The translations under genes were made by a program, and so were the position numbers. From Planctomycetota bacterium (GTDB taxonomy: Bacteria > Planctomycetota > UBA1135 > UBA2386), in the NCBI GenBank assembly GCA_051278165.1, contig JBNMNW010000002.1, positions 1,267-65,266 of the forward strand: 64,000 nucleotides of DNA, written 5' to 3'. Under the pieces are notes generated by a model. It saw nothing but the letters and a program-made list of their open reading frames with translations. It was not told the DNA's origin and did not search any database. Shown piece after piece: positions 28,244 to 38,180 of the stretch. The first letter of the stretch is position 1, and each line of letters opens with the position of its first letter.

Positions 28244-28981
28244 GTTGTTGCCGCAGTCGCTTGGAGATTGACTCCAGAATCGGCGCAGCCGACCGGATTG
28301 AGCCTGAGACTGCGTGCTCATGGTCAAGATGCACCGCCGCAATTAGTTGTGATCCGCTCTCGTTTTCTCACTCGTCGTGCCTCGATGGTCGCCCCGAACT
28401 CGTCTGAAGGTCGTGATTCTGTCGTAGTTTGACCAACTATCAGGTCCCGATTGTCTCGATTGGCAGCACAGAGACGGCCGTCGAGAAGCAGGTATAGTCT
28501 GGCGCCGCGCGGCAGCGTGAGCTCGCCGTTGTGCTGTCTTCGTAGTAGCCGGTCCACGGCCGCGTCGGCGAGTAGCTCAGTGATTGCTGGCAGCTGGCGA
28601 TTCCGTCACTGCAGCAATCGGTGCCAAGCCGGCGCCGAGCCGGTTCCTTGGCCGGACGCATCACGACCCCACTCAAGGGGGCATGCCGCTCGCCGCGAAC
28701 GCCGTTCTTCTGCTGGTTGTTCCAGTCGGGCTGAATCGCTCGTTTCGCTTACCGGTAGTTGGCCATGTCGGCGATGCCGAGCGAACTGCCGTTGCAGTCC
28801 AGACATCTGGCTGCTGGACCAAACAGCCGCGAAGGCTGTGCTCGCTGGGGCGATATCCCGTCTGTTGTTGACCATGTACCGTCAGGGCCAGGCGGTGGTC
28901 CGGGGATGCGGTTCGGCATCAGACGCAAAACACATGTTGGTACGGTTCGCGTGGCCCTGTTTGCTCAGGTCTCGAGGAACT

Positions 28982-30382
28982 ATGCAGACAGTCAGTATCG
29001 CCAAGCTGCTCCAAGGGCAGATCGCCACCGATAGCCAAGTTGAGATTCGCGGGTGGGTGCGTACGCGCCGCGACAGCAAGGCCGGTTTGTCGTTCATTCA
29101 AGTCTCGGACGGCAGTTGCCAGGGCACGATTCAGGTCGTCGCCAAGAAGGAGCTGTCGAATTATGAGGATGCGGTGCAGAAGCTGACGGCGGGCTCGTCG
29201 CTGATTGTGCAAGGCACGTTGGTCGAATCGAAGGGCCGCGGCCAGAGCGTCGAGATCCAAGCTGCATCCGTCGATGTGATCGGTCTGGTCGACGATCCGG
29301 AGACCTATCCCATCCAGCCTAAGCAGCACAGCCTGGAGTTCTTGCGCGAGCAAGCGCACCTGCGGCCGCGCACCAACACCTTTGGCGCTGTCGCACGCAT
29401 TCGTCATGCGGCGGCGTTTGCGATCCACGACTTCTTCACCAAGAACGAGTTCTTCTGGGTCAACACGCCGATCGTGACGGCGAGTGATGCAGAGGGTGCC
29501 GGGGACATGTTCCGCGTCAGCACGCTCGACGTGAACAACATGCCCAGGAACGACAAGGGCGAGATCGAATGGAACAAGGACTTCTTCGGTCGCGAAGCGT
29601 TCTTGACGGTCTCCGGCCAACTCAACGTTGAGGCCTACTGCTTGGCGTTGTCGAAGGTCTACACGTTCGGCCCGACGTTCCGCGCCGAGAACAGCAATAC
29701 GACGCGCCACCTTGCGGAGTTCTGGATGGTGGAGCCTGAGATCGCGTTTGCCGATCTCAACGACGATGCCGATCTCGCCGAGGCGTTCTTGAAGCACGTC
29801 TTCCAACACGTGCTCGAAGTGCGCATCGATGATCTTGAGTTCTGCGAGGAGCGCATCGAGAAGGGTGTGATCGAACGCCTAAAGAAGTTCCAGGAGGCAT
29901 CGTTCGAGCGACTGGACTACGGCAAGGCGATCGACATCCTGCAAAAGAGCGGCAAGAAGTTCGATTACGCGCCGGAGTGGGGCATCGATCTCCAAACCGA
30001 GCACGAGCGCTTCTTGTGTGAAGAGCACGTTGGTCGTCCGGTCGTCGTGATGAACTACCCCAAAGACATCAAGGCGTTCTACATGCGCTTGAACGACGAC
30101 CAGAAGACGGTCGCCGCGATGGATGTGTTGGCGCCTGGCATCGGTGAGATCATCGGTGGTAGCCAACGCGAAGAGCGCCTCGACGTGCTCGACGCCCGCA
30201 TGGCAGCGATGAAGCTCGACCCCGCGCACTACTGGTGGTACCGCGACCTGCGTCGCTACGGCACTGTGCCTCACGCCGGCTTCGGGCTCGGCTTCGAGCG
30301 CTTGATTGTCTACATCATGGGGTTGCAGAACATTCGCGATGCGATTCCGTACCCGCGCGTGCCGGGCTCGGCGACGTTCTAG
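28982..30382 (+). CDS. asnS: Asparagine--tRNA ligase
   Basis: The start [12 protein letters not shown] (28982) precedes the OB-fold N-domain. [21 protein letters not shown] and GFGLGFERL are present. The upstream 177 codons of ORF 28451 are Arg/Ser/Cys-rich junk. Confidence 0.95.
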   Translation: MQTVSIAKLLQGQIATDSQVEIRGWVRTRRDSKAGLSFIQVSDGSCQGTIQVVAKKELSNYEDAVQKLTAGSSLIVQGTLVESKGRGQSVEIQAASVDVIGLVDDPETYPIQPKQHSLEFLREQAHLRPRTNTFGAVARIRHAAAFAIHDFFTKNEFFWVNTPIVTASDAEGAGDMFRVSTLDVNNMPRNDKGEIEWNKDFFGREAFLTVSGQLNVEAYCLALSKVYTFGPTFRAENSNTTRHLAEFWMVEPEIAFADLNDDADLAEAFLKHVFQHVLEVRIDDLEFCEERIEKGVIERLKKFQEASFERLDYGKAIDILQKSGKKFDYAPEWGIDLQTEHERFLCEEHVGRPVVVMNYPKDIKAFYMRLNDDQKTVAAMDVLAPGIGEIIGGSQREERLDVLDARMAAMKLDPAHYWWYRDLRRYGTVPHAGFGLGFERLIVYIMGLQNIRDAIPYPRVPGSATF

Positions 30383-30506
30383 TGGTGTGATGCAGAGATC
30401 TGCGGTCTTATCCGCGGCCGGCGACGACGCTCGCGGCGTTGGGCTTCTTTAAGCCTGGGCACGTGCCACACGCGAACCGGGCGCACTACGGTGCGCCGAT
30501 GCGCGC

Positions 30507-30764
30507 GTGCGCGTCATGGATGCCACGCTGACGCCGATCATTTGGTTGGCGATCATCCTGCAGATGCTGTTCGGCTGGATTGTCTTCGCCAGTGCACAGG
30601 TGGCGCTCGAGCATTGGCAGACGTTGCCGCTGGCGCCAACGCTTAGTGCGGTCGCTCTACCCACCGCGTCTTCGGTGTCATTGGTGCTGGTGTCGAACCG
30701 CGCCGTGAAAGTTAGTACGGTGCCTGAAGTTAGTACGGTGCCTGGACAACAAACAACAAACTGA
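30507..30764 (+). CDS. Possible small membrane protein (hypothetical)
   Basis: One clear TM segment (IIWLAIILQMLFGWIVFASA). The C-terminus contains an 18-bp x2 duplication (30709-30744, VSTVPE VSTVPG). Support is weak. Confidence 0.35.
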   Translation: MRVMDATLTPIIWLAIILQMLFGWIVFASAQVALEHWQTLPLAPTLSAVALPTASSVSLVLVSNRAVKVSTVPEVSTVPGQQTTN

Positions 30765-30825
30765 CGCGCTACCGGGGTCGGCTATTTTCGCGGCAATATC
30801 CACCGGTAGAACCGTTGTTAGGTGG

Positions 30826-31149
30826 ATGTTGATGACAACTACCGGGTCGCTGGCTGGCTATCGCATGGTTGCCGAACACGGCATCGTCGAAGCCAACATC
30901 GTGCAGTCCAAGCATCTTGGCCGTGACATCGCCGCGGGCCTCAAGTCACTGGTCGGCGGCGAGATTCGTGGCTACTCGGAGATGATGACCGAGGCGCGCA
31001 GCAAGGCGAAGCGTCGGCTGATCCAGCAAGCCGAAGCGGTCGGCGCGAACGCGGTGGTGGGGCTTCGCTACGCGACCAGTTCGATCGCGGCCGGGATGTG
31101 TGAGATCCTGGTGTTTGGCACCGCGGTTACCGTGCAGCGCGAAGGGTAG
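30826..31149 (+). CDS. YbjQ/UPF0145 family protein
   Basis: GGEIRGYSEMMTEARSKAKRRLIQQAEAVGANAVVGLRY. The size (107 aa) is typical of the family. Confidence 0.85.
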   Translation: MLMTTTGSLAGYRMVAEHGIVEANIVQSKHLGRDIAAGLKSLVGGEIRGYSEMMTEARSKAKRRLIQQAEAVGANAVVGLRYATSSIAAGMCEILVFGTAVTVQREG

Positions 31150-31178
31150 CGCTAGTCCTTGCGGACTGCCCGGAGCCT

Positions 31179-31232
31179 CTGGTGGCCCGGATAACGCTGG
31201 TGGCCCGGATAACGCTGATGGCCCGGGTAACT
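31179..31232. repeat. Three tandem 18-nt units
   Basis: ctggtggcccggataacg x2 (perfect) plus the degenerate ctgatggcccgggtaact. The array begins 30 nt after the ybjQ-like stop. Confidence 0.9.
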
Positions 31233-31282
31233 CTGGCTAACTGCAGTTGCACTCGCAGCTAAGCCTGTGGCGATTCGGCCGG

Positions 31283-31435
31283 TTACGGGCCCAGGCCGCC
31301 GGGTAGTTCCGGCTCGTCGTTTTCGGGGTCCGTCAGGATCTTCTTGTAGCAGCAGAAGACCAACGTGCCGACCGCTCCGATGGAGGTCAGCATGAAGATC
31401 CAGCCGGTAATGGTCAGTTCTGTGTTCGCGAGCAT
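31283..31435 (-). CDS. Small single-TM protein (50 aa), possible MetS-like small subunit of the adjacent NSS transporter
   Basis: Not in the ORF track. Hand translation gives MLANTELTITGWIFMLTSIGAVGTLVFCCYKKILTDPENDEPELPGGLGP. A GAGGA Shine-Dalgarno lies 7 nt upstream. It starts 77 nt downstream of the NSS transporter stop, on the same strand. Confidence 0.6.
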   Translation of the reverse strand: MLANTELTITGWIFMLTSIGAVGTLVFCCYKKILTDPENDEPELPGGLGP

Positions 31436-31512
31436 GGTTGCGTCCTCAGTCTTGGTTGGTTGTTCGGTTGTTCGACGCGCGCCTAGATGACGCGCGCCTA
31501 GTCGTGAAGCAG

Positions 31513-33396
31513 CTAGTCGTTAAGCGGCTGCTCACCGTTGATGTCGAGGCCTAGTTCCTTGCCTCGCTTGGCACCCTTGAAGACCAGAAGCGCGATGCCG
31601 GCAATCGTCAGCAACAGCAGCATCCACGTCTTGCGGGCGTCCGAAGGACCTTCGACATCGATGCTCTTCTTGATCGTTTCGGTGCGTGTGTTCGTGCCGT
31701 CGTTGATGACGACCTGGAACTCGACGTCGTAGTTCTCTTCGCCTTCCGCACGAGCTGCTGCGACGAAGTTGGCTCCGGCTTCCGCGGCCTTGGTCAACTC
31801 ACCCGGCTTGCCGGATGACTGCGTCCACGCATACGTCCAAGTCTTCTTGGCCTCGTCTTCGACGCCTTCCGGCGGCTTCGGATCGCTCAGTTCAACTTCG
31901 ATATGGCCGAACAGCTTGTCGATGTAGCCCGGCGCGTTGTTGATGCAGAAGCCAACGACGACGATCAACAAGAACGTCGGCGAGATGTACTTCATGATGA
32001 AGCCGAACACCGCGGGAATGCGCATGTTCGACCCCTCGTGGGCTTCCTTGAGGCCCTTCTCGATCCCGAAGATCCAGCCAAAGGCGACGATCTGGATGCC
32101 GGCAACGATCAGGATGAAGAACGTGCCAACCCAGAAGTCGATCGTGTCGAGCGCGATCAGGCCCTTCGAGTAGTAGAGCACGAACAGGTTGCCGATCAGG
32201 CCCCAGACCGTGACGATCACCGTCGAACCGACCCGGTTACAGCCGACACTTTCTTCGATGAACGCCTTGGTCGGTTGCAGCATCGACAGCGAACTGGTGA
32301 TCGCTGCCAAGAACAGGATCAGGAAGAAGGCTCCCCCGAAGATGTTGCCGCCAGGCATCTGTGCGAACACCATCGGCAGCGTCTTGAAGCCGAGGCTCAT
32401 CGTGCCGCCCTGGCCTTCTTGCGTCACTGCAACGCCGACAAAGACGATCGATGCGGTCACCGCGATCATGCCGCCGAGCGCGACTTCGAAGAACTCGTTG
32501 GTTGCCGAGGCCGTCAGGCCGGACAGCACCACGTCGTCCTTCTTCTTCATGTACGACGCGTAGTTGATGATCACGCCGAAGCCGACCGACAGACTGAAGA
32601 AGATCTGTCCAGACGCGGCTAGCCACGTCTTGAAGTCCGTCAGCTTGCTGAGGTCGGGGTTCCACAGGTAGCCCAGTCCGTTGAGCACGCTCTGATCGGG
32701 CTTGGCCTCGTCGGGAGTGCCGAGTGTCAGCACGCGGATCAGGATGATCACGCCGAGCACGGCCATGATCGGCATCGCAGCCTTACAGACTGTTTCGATG
32801 CCCCTCGAGATGCCGCGGAAGATGAAGAAGATGTTGATCGATGCGACCAACAAGAACGTCCAGACGATGGGGTGGAAGCCACCGCCGTCTGGTTGCGAAA
32901 ACAGGATGCCGTTGCCGTCATTGCCCGTGATCTGGTTGAAGAAGCTGTGGGTGACTTCAACCTGGCTGCCGACTTCACTGGAGCTGCCGATCGGCGCCGT
33001 TGGATCGATGCCGATGCCGCCGGTGACATACTTGATGACGAAGTAGAGGCACCACGTCTCAATCAGCACGTAGTAGAAGTAGACCCCGAGCGGGATCAGC
33101 ACTCCAAACACGCCGAGGTAGCGACCAACTGGGCCCTTGGTGAAGACACCCAGGATCGCCGGCGCGCCGTGGAAGCCCTTGCGACCGCCGTAGCGACCCA
33201 TGGTCCATTCCGCCCAACCAATTGGAATCCCGAGCAGCAGCAGTGCCACGAAGTACGGGATCATGAAGGCCCCGCCGCCGTTCTCAGCAGCGTTGCCCGG
33301 GAAGCGAAGGAAGTTGCCGAGGCCGACTGCAGAGCCGGACACAGCGAGGATCACACCGAGGCGCGAGCCCCACTGTTGCTTAGGTTGATTCGTCAT
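31513..33396 (-). CDS. Sodium-dependent transporter, NSS/SNF (SLC6-like) family, with extended C-terminal domain
   Basis: TM1 motif SAVGLGNFLRFPGNAAENGGGAFMIPY and about 12 TM helices. A hydrophilic insert and a final TM segment follow at the C-terminus. Confidence 0.9.
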   Translation of the reverse strand: MTNQPKQQWGSRLGVILAVSGSAVGLGNFLRFPGNAAENGGGAFMIPYFVALLLLGIPIGWAEWTMGRYGGRKGFHGAPAILGVFTKGPVGRYLGVFGVLIPLGVYFYYVLIETWCLYFVIKYVTGGIGIDPTAPIGSSSEVGSQVEVTHSFFNQITGNDGNGILFSQPDGGGFHPIVWTFLLVASINIFFIFRGISRGIETVCKAAMPIMAVLGVIILIRVLTLGTPDEAKPDQSVLNGLGYLWNPDLSKLTDFKTWLAASGQIFFSLSVGFGVIINYASYMKKKDDVVLSGLTASATNEFFEVALGGMIAVTASIVFVGVAVTQEGQGGTMSLGFKTLPMVFAQMPGGNIFGGAFFLILFLAAITSSLSMLQPTKAFIEESVGCNRVGSTVIVTVWGLIGNLFVLYYSKGLIALDTIDFWVGTFFILIVAGIQIVAFGWIFGIEKGLKEAHEGSNMRIPAVFGFIMKYISPTFLLIVVVGFCINNAPGYIDKLFGHIEVELSDPKPPEGVEDEAKKTWTYAWTQSSGKPGELTKAAEAGANFVAAARAEGEENYDVEFQVVINDGTNTRTETIKKSIDVEGPSDARKTWMLLLLTIAGIALLVFKGAKRGKELGLDINGEQPLND

Positions 33397-33552
33397 TCCG
33401 TGAGCGAGGAGTGGGCCGTTAAGGGCGTCGTTACGTGCGGACTGTCACTGTAGGCGGGCTGTGATGCAACCGCTTGGCTCAGATTCGTTAGCGGCGATCC
33501 CAGCGGTGCGCAGTCGGGCGGGGCCGGATTGCACCGGGGCCTGCCGTCGGAA

Positions 33553-34539
33553 TCAGTTCGTCAGGCCGGCTCGCATTCGGGCGGCGGTGACATCAGCCGG
33601 TACGGAATTGATGTACATGTCGCCGCCAAGTTCGAGGCCGGCGAGCTGCCCGGTGCGCGGCTGCAGTTCGAAATGCCAGTGAAAGGACTGTTGAATGGAC
33701 TCGTTGGAAGTATGCAAGAGAGGCTCTTCGAGCGAGTCGCCAACCTCGGCAGCCTTGGCGTTGAGCAGTGCGTTGGGCACGCGGTGCAGCCACAGATTGC
33801 ACGGTGGGCGGTTCAGTCCGCCGCCGATCGCTTGCAGCCATTGCTGCATCGCCGTGGCAAGCGCGGCCGGATCGGCTTGCAAGAAGTCCGACGTACAATC
33901 GCGTGGCATCAGCCAGGTTTCGAACGGCAGCTTGGGCGGATCCGGTGCCAGCGCCACGAATTGCTCGGTGGCGACCACGATGCGCTGCTCGACTTCGGCC
34001 GTTGCCAGCGACGCGCAAATTAGGCATCGCCCATGGCGGCGCTGCTGCTCGCGCTCAAGCTCGAGGCGCGGCGGCAACTGTGGCAGGCCAATTACTTGGC
34101 TGTGGTTGTGCGCAATCGAGGCACCGGCGCGGGCGCCGACGTTCTTGAACAGGAAGGCGCACGCAATGCCATCGATGGCCTCGATGGCAATGATGCGTCG
34201 CTGCCAGACGGTGATCGCCGCCCGCCAAGTTTCGACATCGAGATCGCACGGGTGCTCGTAGTGCGTCGCACCTTCAGCGATCACTTCGTGATGCTTGGTT
34301 GCCGGATACAGGTTGGCGAAGGCACGCACGCTCCAGCCGGGTTGGTTTGCAGTCGTGTCGCCGGTGCGGGCCGCATCGACTTCCGTCGGTGTGTCCTCTT
34401 CATTGCCGCTGCAAAACGGGCAACGCTTGTCGCTCGCCTTGGCGCCGGTGTGCATCGGCCGATTCTGGCGCTTCGGCGCCATCAGGATCGGTCGGCCGGT
34501 CGTTGGATCGACGACGGTGCGCGGTTCGGGCGCGTTCAC
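33553..34539 (-). CDS. galT: Galactose-1-phosphate uridylyltransferase-like (GalT/HIT superfamily) nucleotidyltransferase
   Basis: Zn motif CPFCSGNE and active-site SIAHNHSQVIG (HxHxQ). Substrate specificity is not inferable from sequence alone. Confidence 0.75.
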   Translation of the reverse strand: MNAPEPRTVVDPTTGRPILMAPKRQNRPMHTGAKASDKRCPFCSGNEEDTPTEVDAARTGDTTANQPGWSVRAFANLYPATKHHEVIAEGATHYEHPCDLDVETWRAAITVWQRRIIAIEAIDGIACAFLFKNVGARAGASIAHNHSQVIGLPQLPPRLELEREQQRRHGRCLICASLATAEVEQRIVVATEQFVALAPDPPKLPFETWLMPRDCTSDFLQADPAALATAMQQWLQAIGGGLNRPPCNLWLHRVPNALLNAKAAEVGDSLEEPLLHTSNESIQQSFHWHFELQPRTGQLAGLELGGDMYINSVPADVTAARMRAGLTN

Positions 34540-35006
34540 TTAATCGCTCCGTGGGCGTCGTGGCAGCGGGCGCTGTGTTGCTTGCGGCCGCTGCGATACA
34601 GGTCGGCGGCGATCACGCGACGACCGTTATTGGCTTCGATCGCAATCTGTAAAAACCATGATTCGCAGTCGCGTGACATGCTTGCGAACCCAGGCACGTG
34701 TCGGTGATCCATTTTGCCGTAGCCGAGGCTGATGCGTTCGGCGGCTTCTTGGGCGCGGGCGGCGACGACGTTGAGGTCGCCGGCTGGTTGCCGCAGCAGT
34801 CGCTTGTCAATGTCGCGGCAAGCCTCATCGAGATCCTGCATGACCAAGGCCCATTGCTCTTCGAGTTGGGCCCGGCTCGCGGCGTCATTCGCTGCTTCGG
34901 TGGAGCCTCCAGTGGTCGCGATCGTGCAGCTGACTAGCCACAGCGAGATTGCTACCAGGAACATCATCTTCCTAGGCGCCACTGTCTTCATAGAGGCCGT
35001 CTTCAT
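34536..35006 (-). CDS. Hypothetical lipoprotein
   Basis: The start is set at MKTASMKTVAPRKMMFLVAISLWLVSC (lipobox LVSC). The upstream part of ORF 34536..35396 is not protein-like. It overlaps the galT-like start by 4 nt. Confidence 0.6.
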   Translation of the reverse strand: MKTASMKTVAPRKMMFLVAISLWLVSCTIATTGGSTEAANDAASRAQLEEQWALVMQDLDEACRDIDKRLLRQPAGDLNVVAARAQEAAERISLGYGKMDHRHVPGFASMSRDCESWFLQIAIEANNGRRVIAADLYRSGRKQHSARCHDAHGAIK

Positions 35007-35080
35007 GGAGGCAACTGTAGGGACTCGGCTAGGCGCTGCCAGCGAACGCTTGCTCGGCCCGTTCGGATGGAAGTGGCGAC

Positions 35081-35488
35081 TCATTGTGCGCCCTTCTCTT
35101 GATGCAGCGTCGCGTTGGGCAGCAGTTCGGACAGCTTGGGGATGTCGCCCGAAGGATCGGCATAGGCACGCAGTTGACCACGCGCTTGCACGGTTGTGCC
35201 GGCTGGATAATTGAACCATCGCCGTTCGGACTCGAACTGTTCGCTCAGCGGTTTGGGGGTCAGGCGGATCTGGCGGATGACCAAGTCGCGCGTCGTGCTT
35301 GGAAAGACCAACCGGCCGTCGCCGCCGATCACATAGCTCGCGTGGAACGTGTGGTCCTGGTGCTTCGGCAGCGCCGAATCCGGCAAGGTCGAGCAAGCGC
35401 CGAACAGGGTCGCCAGCAACCCAGCAAAAACCACGTATGGCAAACCCTGAGATGGGCGTCGGATTGGTGCGTGTTCGTCAGGTAGCAT
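35081..35488 (-). CDS. Hypothetical lipoprotein
   Basis: Signal plus lipobox (VVFAGLLATLFGACS). Composition is protein-like. Confidence 0.55.
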   Translation of the reverse strand: MLPDEHAPIRRPSQGLPYVVFAGLLATLFGACSTLPDSALPKHQDHTFHASYVIGGDGRLVFPSTTRDLVIRQIRLTPKPLSEQFESERRWFNYPAGTTVQARGQLRAYADPSGDIPKLSELLPNATLHQEKGAQ

Positions 35489-35496
35489 CGGCAGTG

Positions 35497-36366
35497 ATGA
35501 TCGGCGGATTGGCAGTTCGGAACAACTTGCTATGTGTCACATGGTCCGCTGGGCGTGGCCATGTGTTTTTGTACGACCTCGAAGCCAACGAGCGGATTTC
35601 GTCGTGGACCAACCCAGCGGGGCCATCCGGATACTCTGATGCGGGCGGGATTGCGATCGATCGCGACTTCCGGATCTTCGTCGCCGACGCGCACAATCAC
35701 TGCGTTCGCCGCTACAACGCGTTCGGCCAGCATCTCGGCGATCTCGGCTTGCCGATGCCCGCGAGCGGTGATCGCGCCAAGGATCGCACCGGCCTGCTTG
35801 ATCAACCGCACGCGGTCGCGGCCCACGGCGAACGGATCTATGTCGCAATGGGCGAGCGACCGCGGCAGCGCGCCGTGCAGTGCTTCCATGTCGACGGTCG
35901 GGTCTTGCCTGGTTTGCCGGCGCAGGGTGACGGGGCGCGCAAGTGGGGTGCGCCACGCGGGATCTTTGCGGATGATGCTGGGCTGCTGATCGCCGACACC
36001 TTGCGCGGCCGCATCCAGCGCTTCCGGCACGACGGCATGTTCGTGCAGGAGTATCTGGTGTGTGACGGGGACGCGCGACCAGGTCATTTAGTGCGGCTGC
36101 CCGACGGCACGATGTTGATGGTGGACCACAGTGGTGTGCACGCGACGCTGCATGCGATGCAGCTTGACGGTCGCGAGCACTCGGTCGAGAAATTGAACGA
36201 CGCGTGTCACGATCCGCTGGCCTTGGCGGTCGGTGGTTGCGGTCGCGTCTACATTCTCGACCGTGGGGGAGAACGGGTGATCCGTGCCAACGAGGACCTG
36301 AGTTTTGACTCGGTATTGTTTGACCTAGCCGAGCACGACGGCGATGCGCCGATGCACGTCGACTGA
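35497..36366 (+). CDS. NHL-repeat-like beta-propeller protein
   Basis: Repeated motifs such as IAIDRDFRIFVADAHNHCVRRYNAFGQHLG and IFADDAGLLIADTLRGRIQRFRHDG. The start is set at 35497 to avoid overlap with the divergent lipoprotein gene. Confidence 0.6.
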   Translation: MIGGLAVRNNLLCVTWSAGRGHVFLYDLEANERISSWTNPAGPSGYSDAGGIAIDRDFRIFVADAHNHCVRRYNAFGQHLGDLGLPMPASGDRAKDRTGLLDQPHAVAAHGERIYVAMGERPRQRAVQCFHVDGRVLPGLPAQGDGARKWGAPRGIFADDAGLLIADTLRGRIQRFRHDGMFVQEYLVCDGDARPGHLVRLPDGTMLMVDHSGVHATLHAMQLDGREHSVEKLNDACHDPLALAVGGCGRVYILDRGGERVIRANEDLSFDSVLFDLAEHDGDAPMHVD

Positions 36367-36876
36367 GGTGTCCTGCTGCGTAGGCCGCGCCACGAGCGCT
36401 TGTGAAGGCGTCCGTCGTGGCTGGCAAGCACGCGCCATGCAAGCTGCATGATCGCGAGTATGGTTGGCCGAGAAACGGAAGAGCCTCATGACGTGATGAC
36501 TTATGGGGCTTCCGCTGCATTGCGAAGTGGCTCGCTGCCGCACAGCAAGGGCAGTGTCAGCAGTGCAAACTCGAGGCCCGCATAGTCACACTCTCCACCG
36601 AAGTTACTCGGTCGAGCGAAGAACTCTTAACGCGTCCTTGCACCGATGCCATCGGATGGACACACTGGCCTCGCGCCGCAACGGGCGGAGCGCGGATCGG
36701 TCAGCCGATCTCTCAAACACTGTTGAGAACGATGTGGACAGCCACTCACATCTTCTTCAGAAACTTTGGGCGATTGGGATCCACGCCCTGGTCAGCGGAC
36801 GCTCTTCGTTCTCACCAATGTCTTAACAGCGGCCGGTCACCATGCCCTCGATCCGGCCGATTTGGGAGGGGGTCCT

Positions 36877-38148
36877 TTGGATAGAATCCGTATCCGCGGC
36901 GGTCGCGAGCTCAGCGGCTCAGTGCGAGTTTCCGGCAGCAAAAACGGCGCATTGCCGATCTTGGCCGCCTCCCTACTGGTCGATGGACCGATAGTGCTGC
37001 GCAATATGCCGCGTCTCAAGGACGTCGAGAACATGCTTCGCATTCTCGGCAAACTTGGCGTCGTGCATAGCTGGCGGCCTGATGGCTCGCTGGAGATGGA
37101 GGCCGTTGACAAGACGGTTTACGTCGCGCCCTATGACTTGGTTCGCACCATGCGCGCCAGCTTTGTCGTGCTCGGGCCGCTTTGGGCTCGCCGCGGCGTG
37201 GCTCGAGTCAGCTACCCCGGTGGTTGCGTCTTCGGTCACCGACCGGTCGACCTCCACCTGAAGGGCCTCGCCGACATTGGCGGCACGGTCGAACACTCCG
37301 ACGGCTACGTGACCCTCAGCGGCCGGCCGACTGGTGGCGTGACGTTCTTGGGCGGCAACATGGGTTCGACTGTGCTCGGCACGGCGAACGTCTTGATGGC
37401 GGCAACCCTCGGCACCGGCACGACGTATCTCGAATGCGCCGCGATGGAGCCCGAGATGGAGGACCTGTGCAACTTCCTCAACGCCTGTGGCGCGCGCATC
37501 ACTGGCATCGGCGGACACCTGCTGACGATCGAAGGCGTGGACACGCTGCACGGTTGTGAGTGGGACATGATCCCAGACCGCATCGAAGCGGGCACGTTCT
37601 TGTGCGGCGCGGTCATGCTCAACAGCCCGGTGGTTGTGCAGGACTGCAACCCGATGCACATGCTTTCAGTCATTGACCGACTGCGCGCTGCTGGGGCGAA
37701 GCTTGATATTGGCAAGAACTCGATCACCGTGCAGCCGACCGCTTCCGGTCAGCTCCGCGCGGTCGATGTCACAACGATGGCCTACCCTGGCTTCCCGACT
37801 GATCTGCAGGCGCAGTTCATGGCATTGATGACGCGGGCGGATGGCGTCTCGGTCATTACCGAGAAGATCTATCCGGAGCGCTTCATTCATGCGGCGGAGT
37901 TGCAGCGTCTCGGCGCACGCATTCGTCGCGAAGGTCCGAGCGCGATTGTCGAAGGAACCGACGAACTGCAAGGTGCTCCGGTGATGGCGAGTGACCTGCG
38001 TGCATCGGCAAGCCTGGTGCTCGCCGGACTGGTTGCTCGCGGTGCGACGGACGTTCGACGCGTCTACCACATCGATCGTGGCTACGAGCGCATTGAGAAC
38101 AAGCTGCAGGGCATCGGCGCCGACATCGAGCGCATCTCGGAAGGCTAA
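36877..38148 (+). CDS. murA: UDP-N-acetylglucosamine 1-carboxyvinyltransferase
   Basis: VSGSKNGALPILAASLL and the active-site Cys in YPGGCVFGHRPVDLHL. The proposed TTG start gives (M)DRIRIRGG, and a GGGAGGGGG Shine-Dalgarno ends 5 nt upstream. Confidence 0.9.
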   Translation: MDRIRIRGGRELSGSVRVSGSKNGALPILAASLLVDGPIVLRNMPRLKDVENMLRILGKLGVVHSWRPDGSLEMEAVDKTVYVAPYDLVRTMRASFVVLGPLWARRGVARVSYPGGCVFGHRPVDLHLKGLADIGGTVEHSDGYVTLSGRPTGGVTFLGGNMGSTVLGTANVLMAATLGTGTTYLECAAMEPEMEDLCNFLNACGARITGIGGHLLTIEGVDTLHGCEWDMIPDRIEAGTFLCGAVMLNSPVVVQDCNPMHMLSVIDRLRAAGAKLDIGKNSITVQPTASGQLRAVDVTTMAYPGFPTDLQAQFMALMTRADGVSVITEKIYPERFIHAAELQRLGARIRREGPSAIVEGTDELQGAPVMASDLRASASLVLAGLVARGATDVRRVYHIDRGYERIENKLQGIGADIERISEG

Positions 38149-38180
38149 GAGCTCGCAGCTGTACTGGGGTTGGCAGTTAC

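Noticed and set aside
30449-30664. A minus-strand 71-aa ORF overlapping the small plus-strand ORF 30507..30764.
   Set aside because: It has Ala/Ser/Arg-rich, non-protein-like composition and no TM segment or motif. The plus-strand frame at least has a clear TM helix, and even that call has low confidence.
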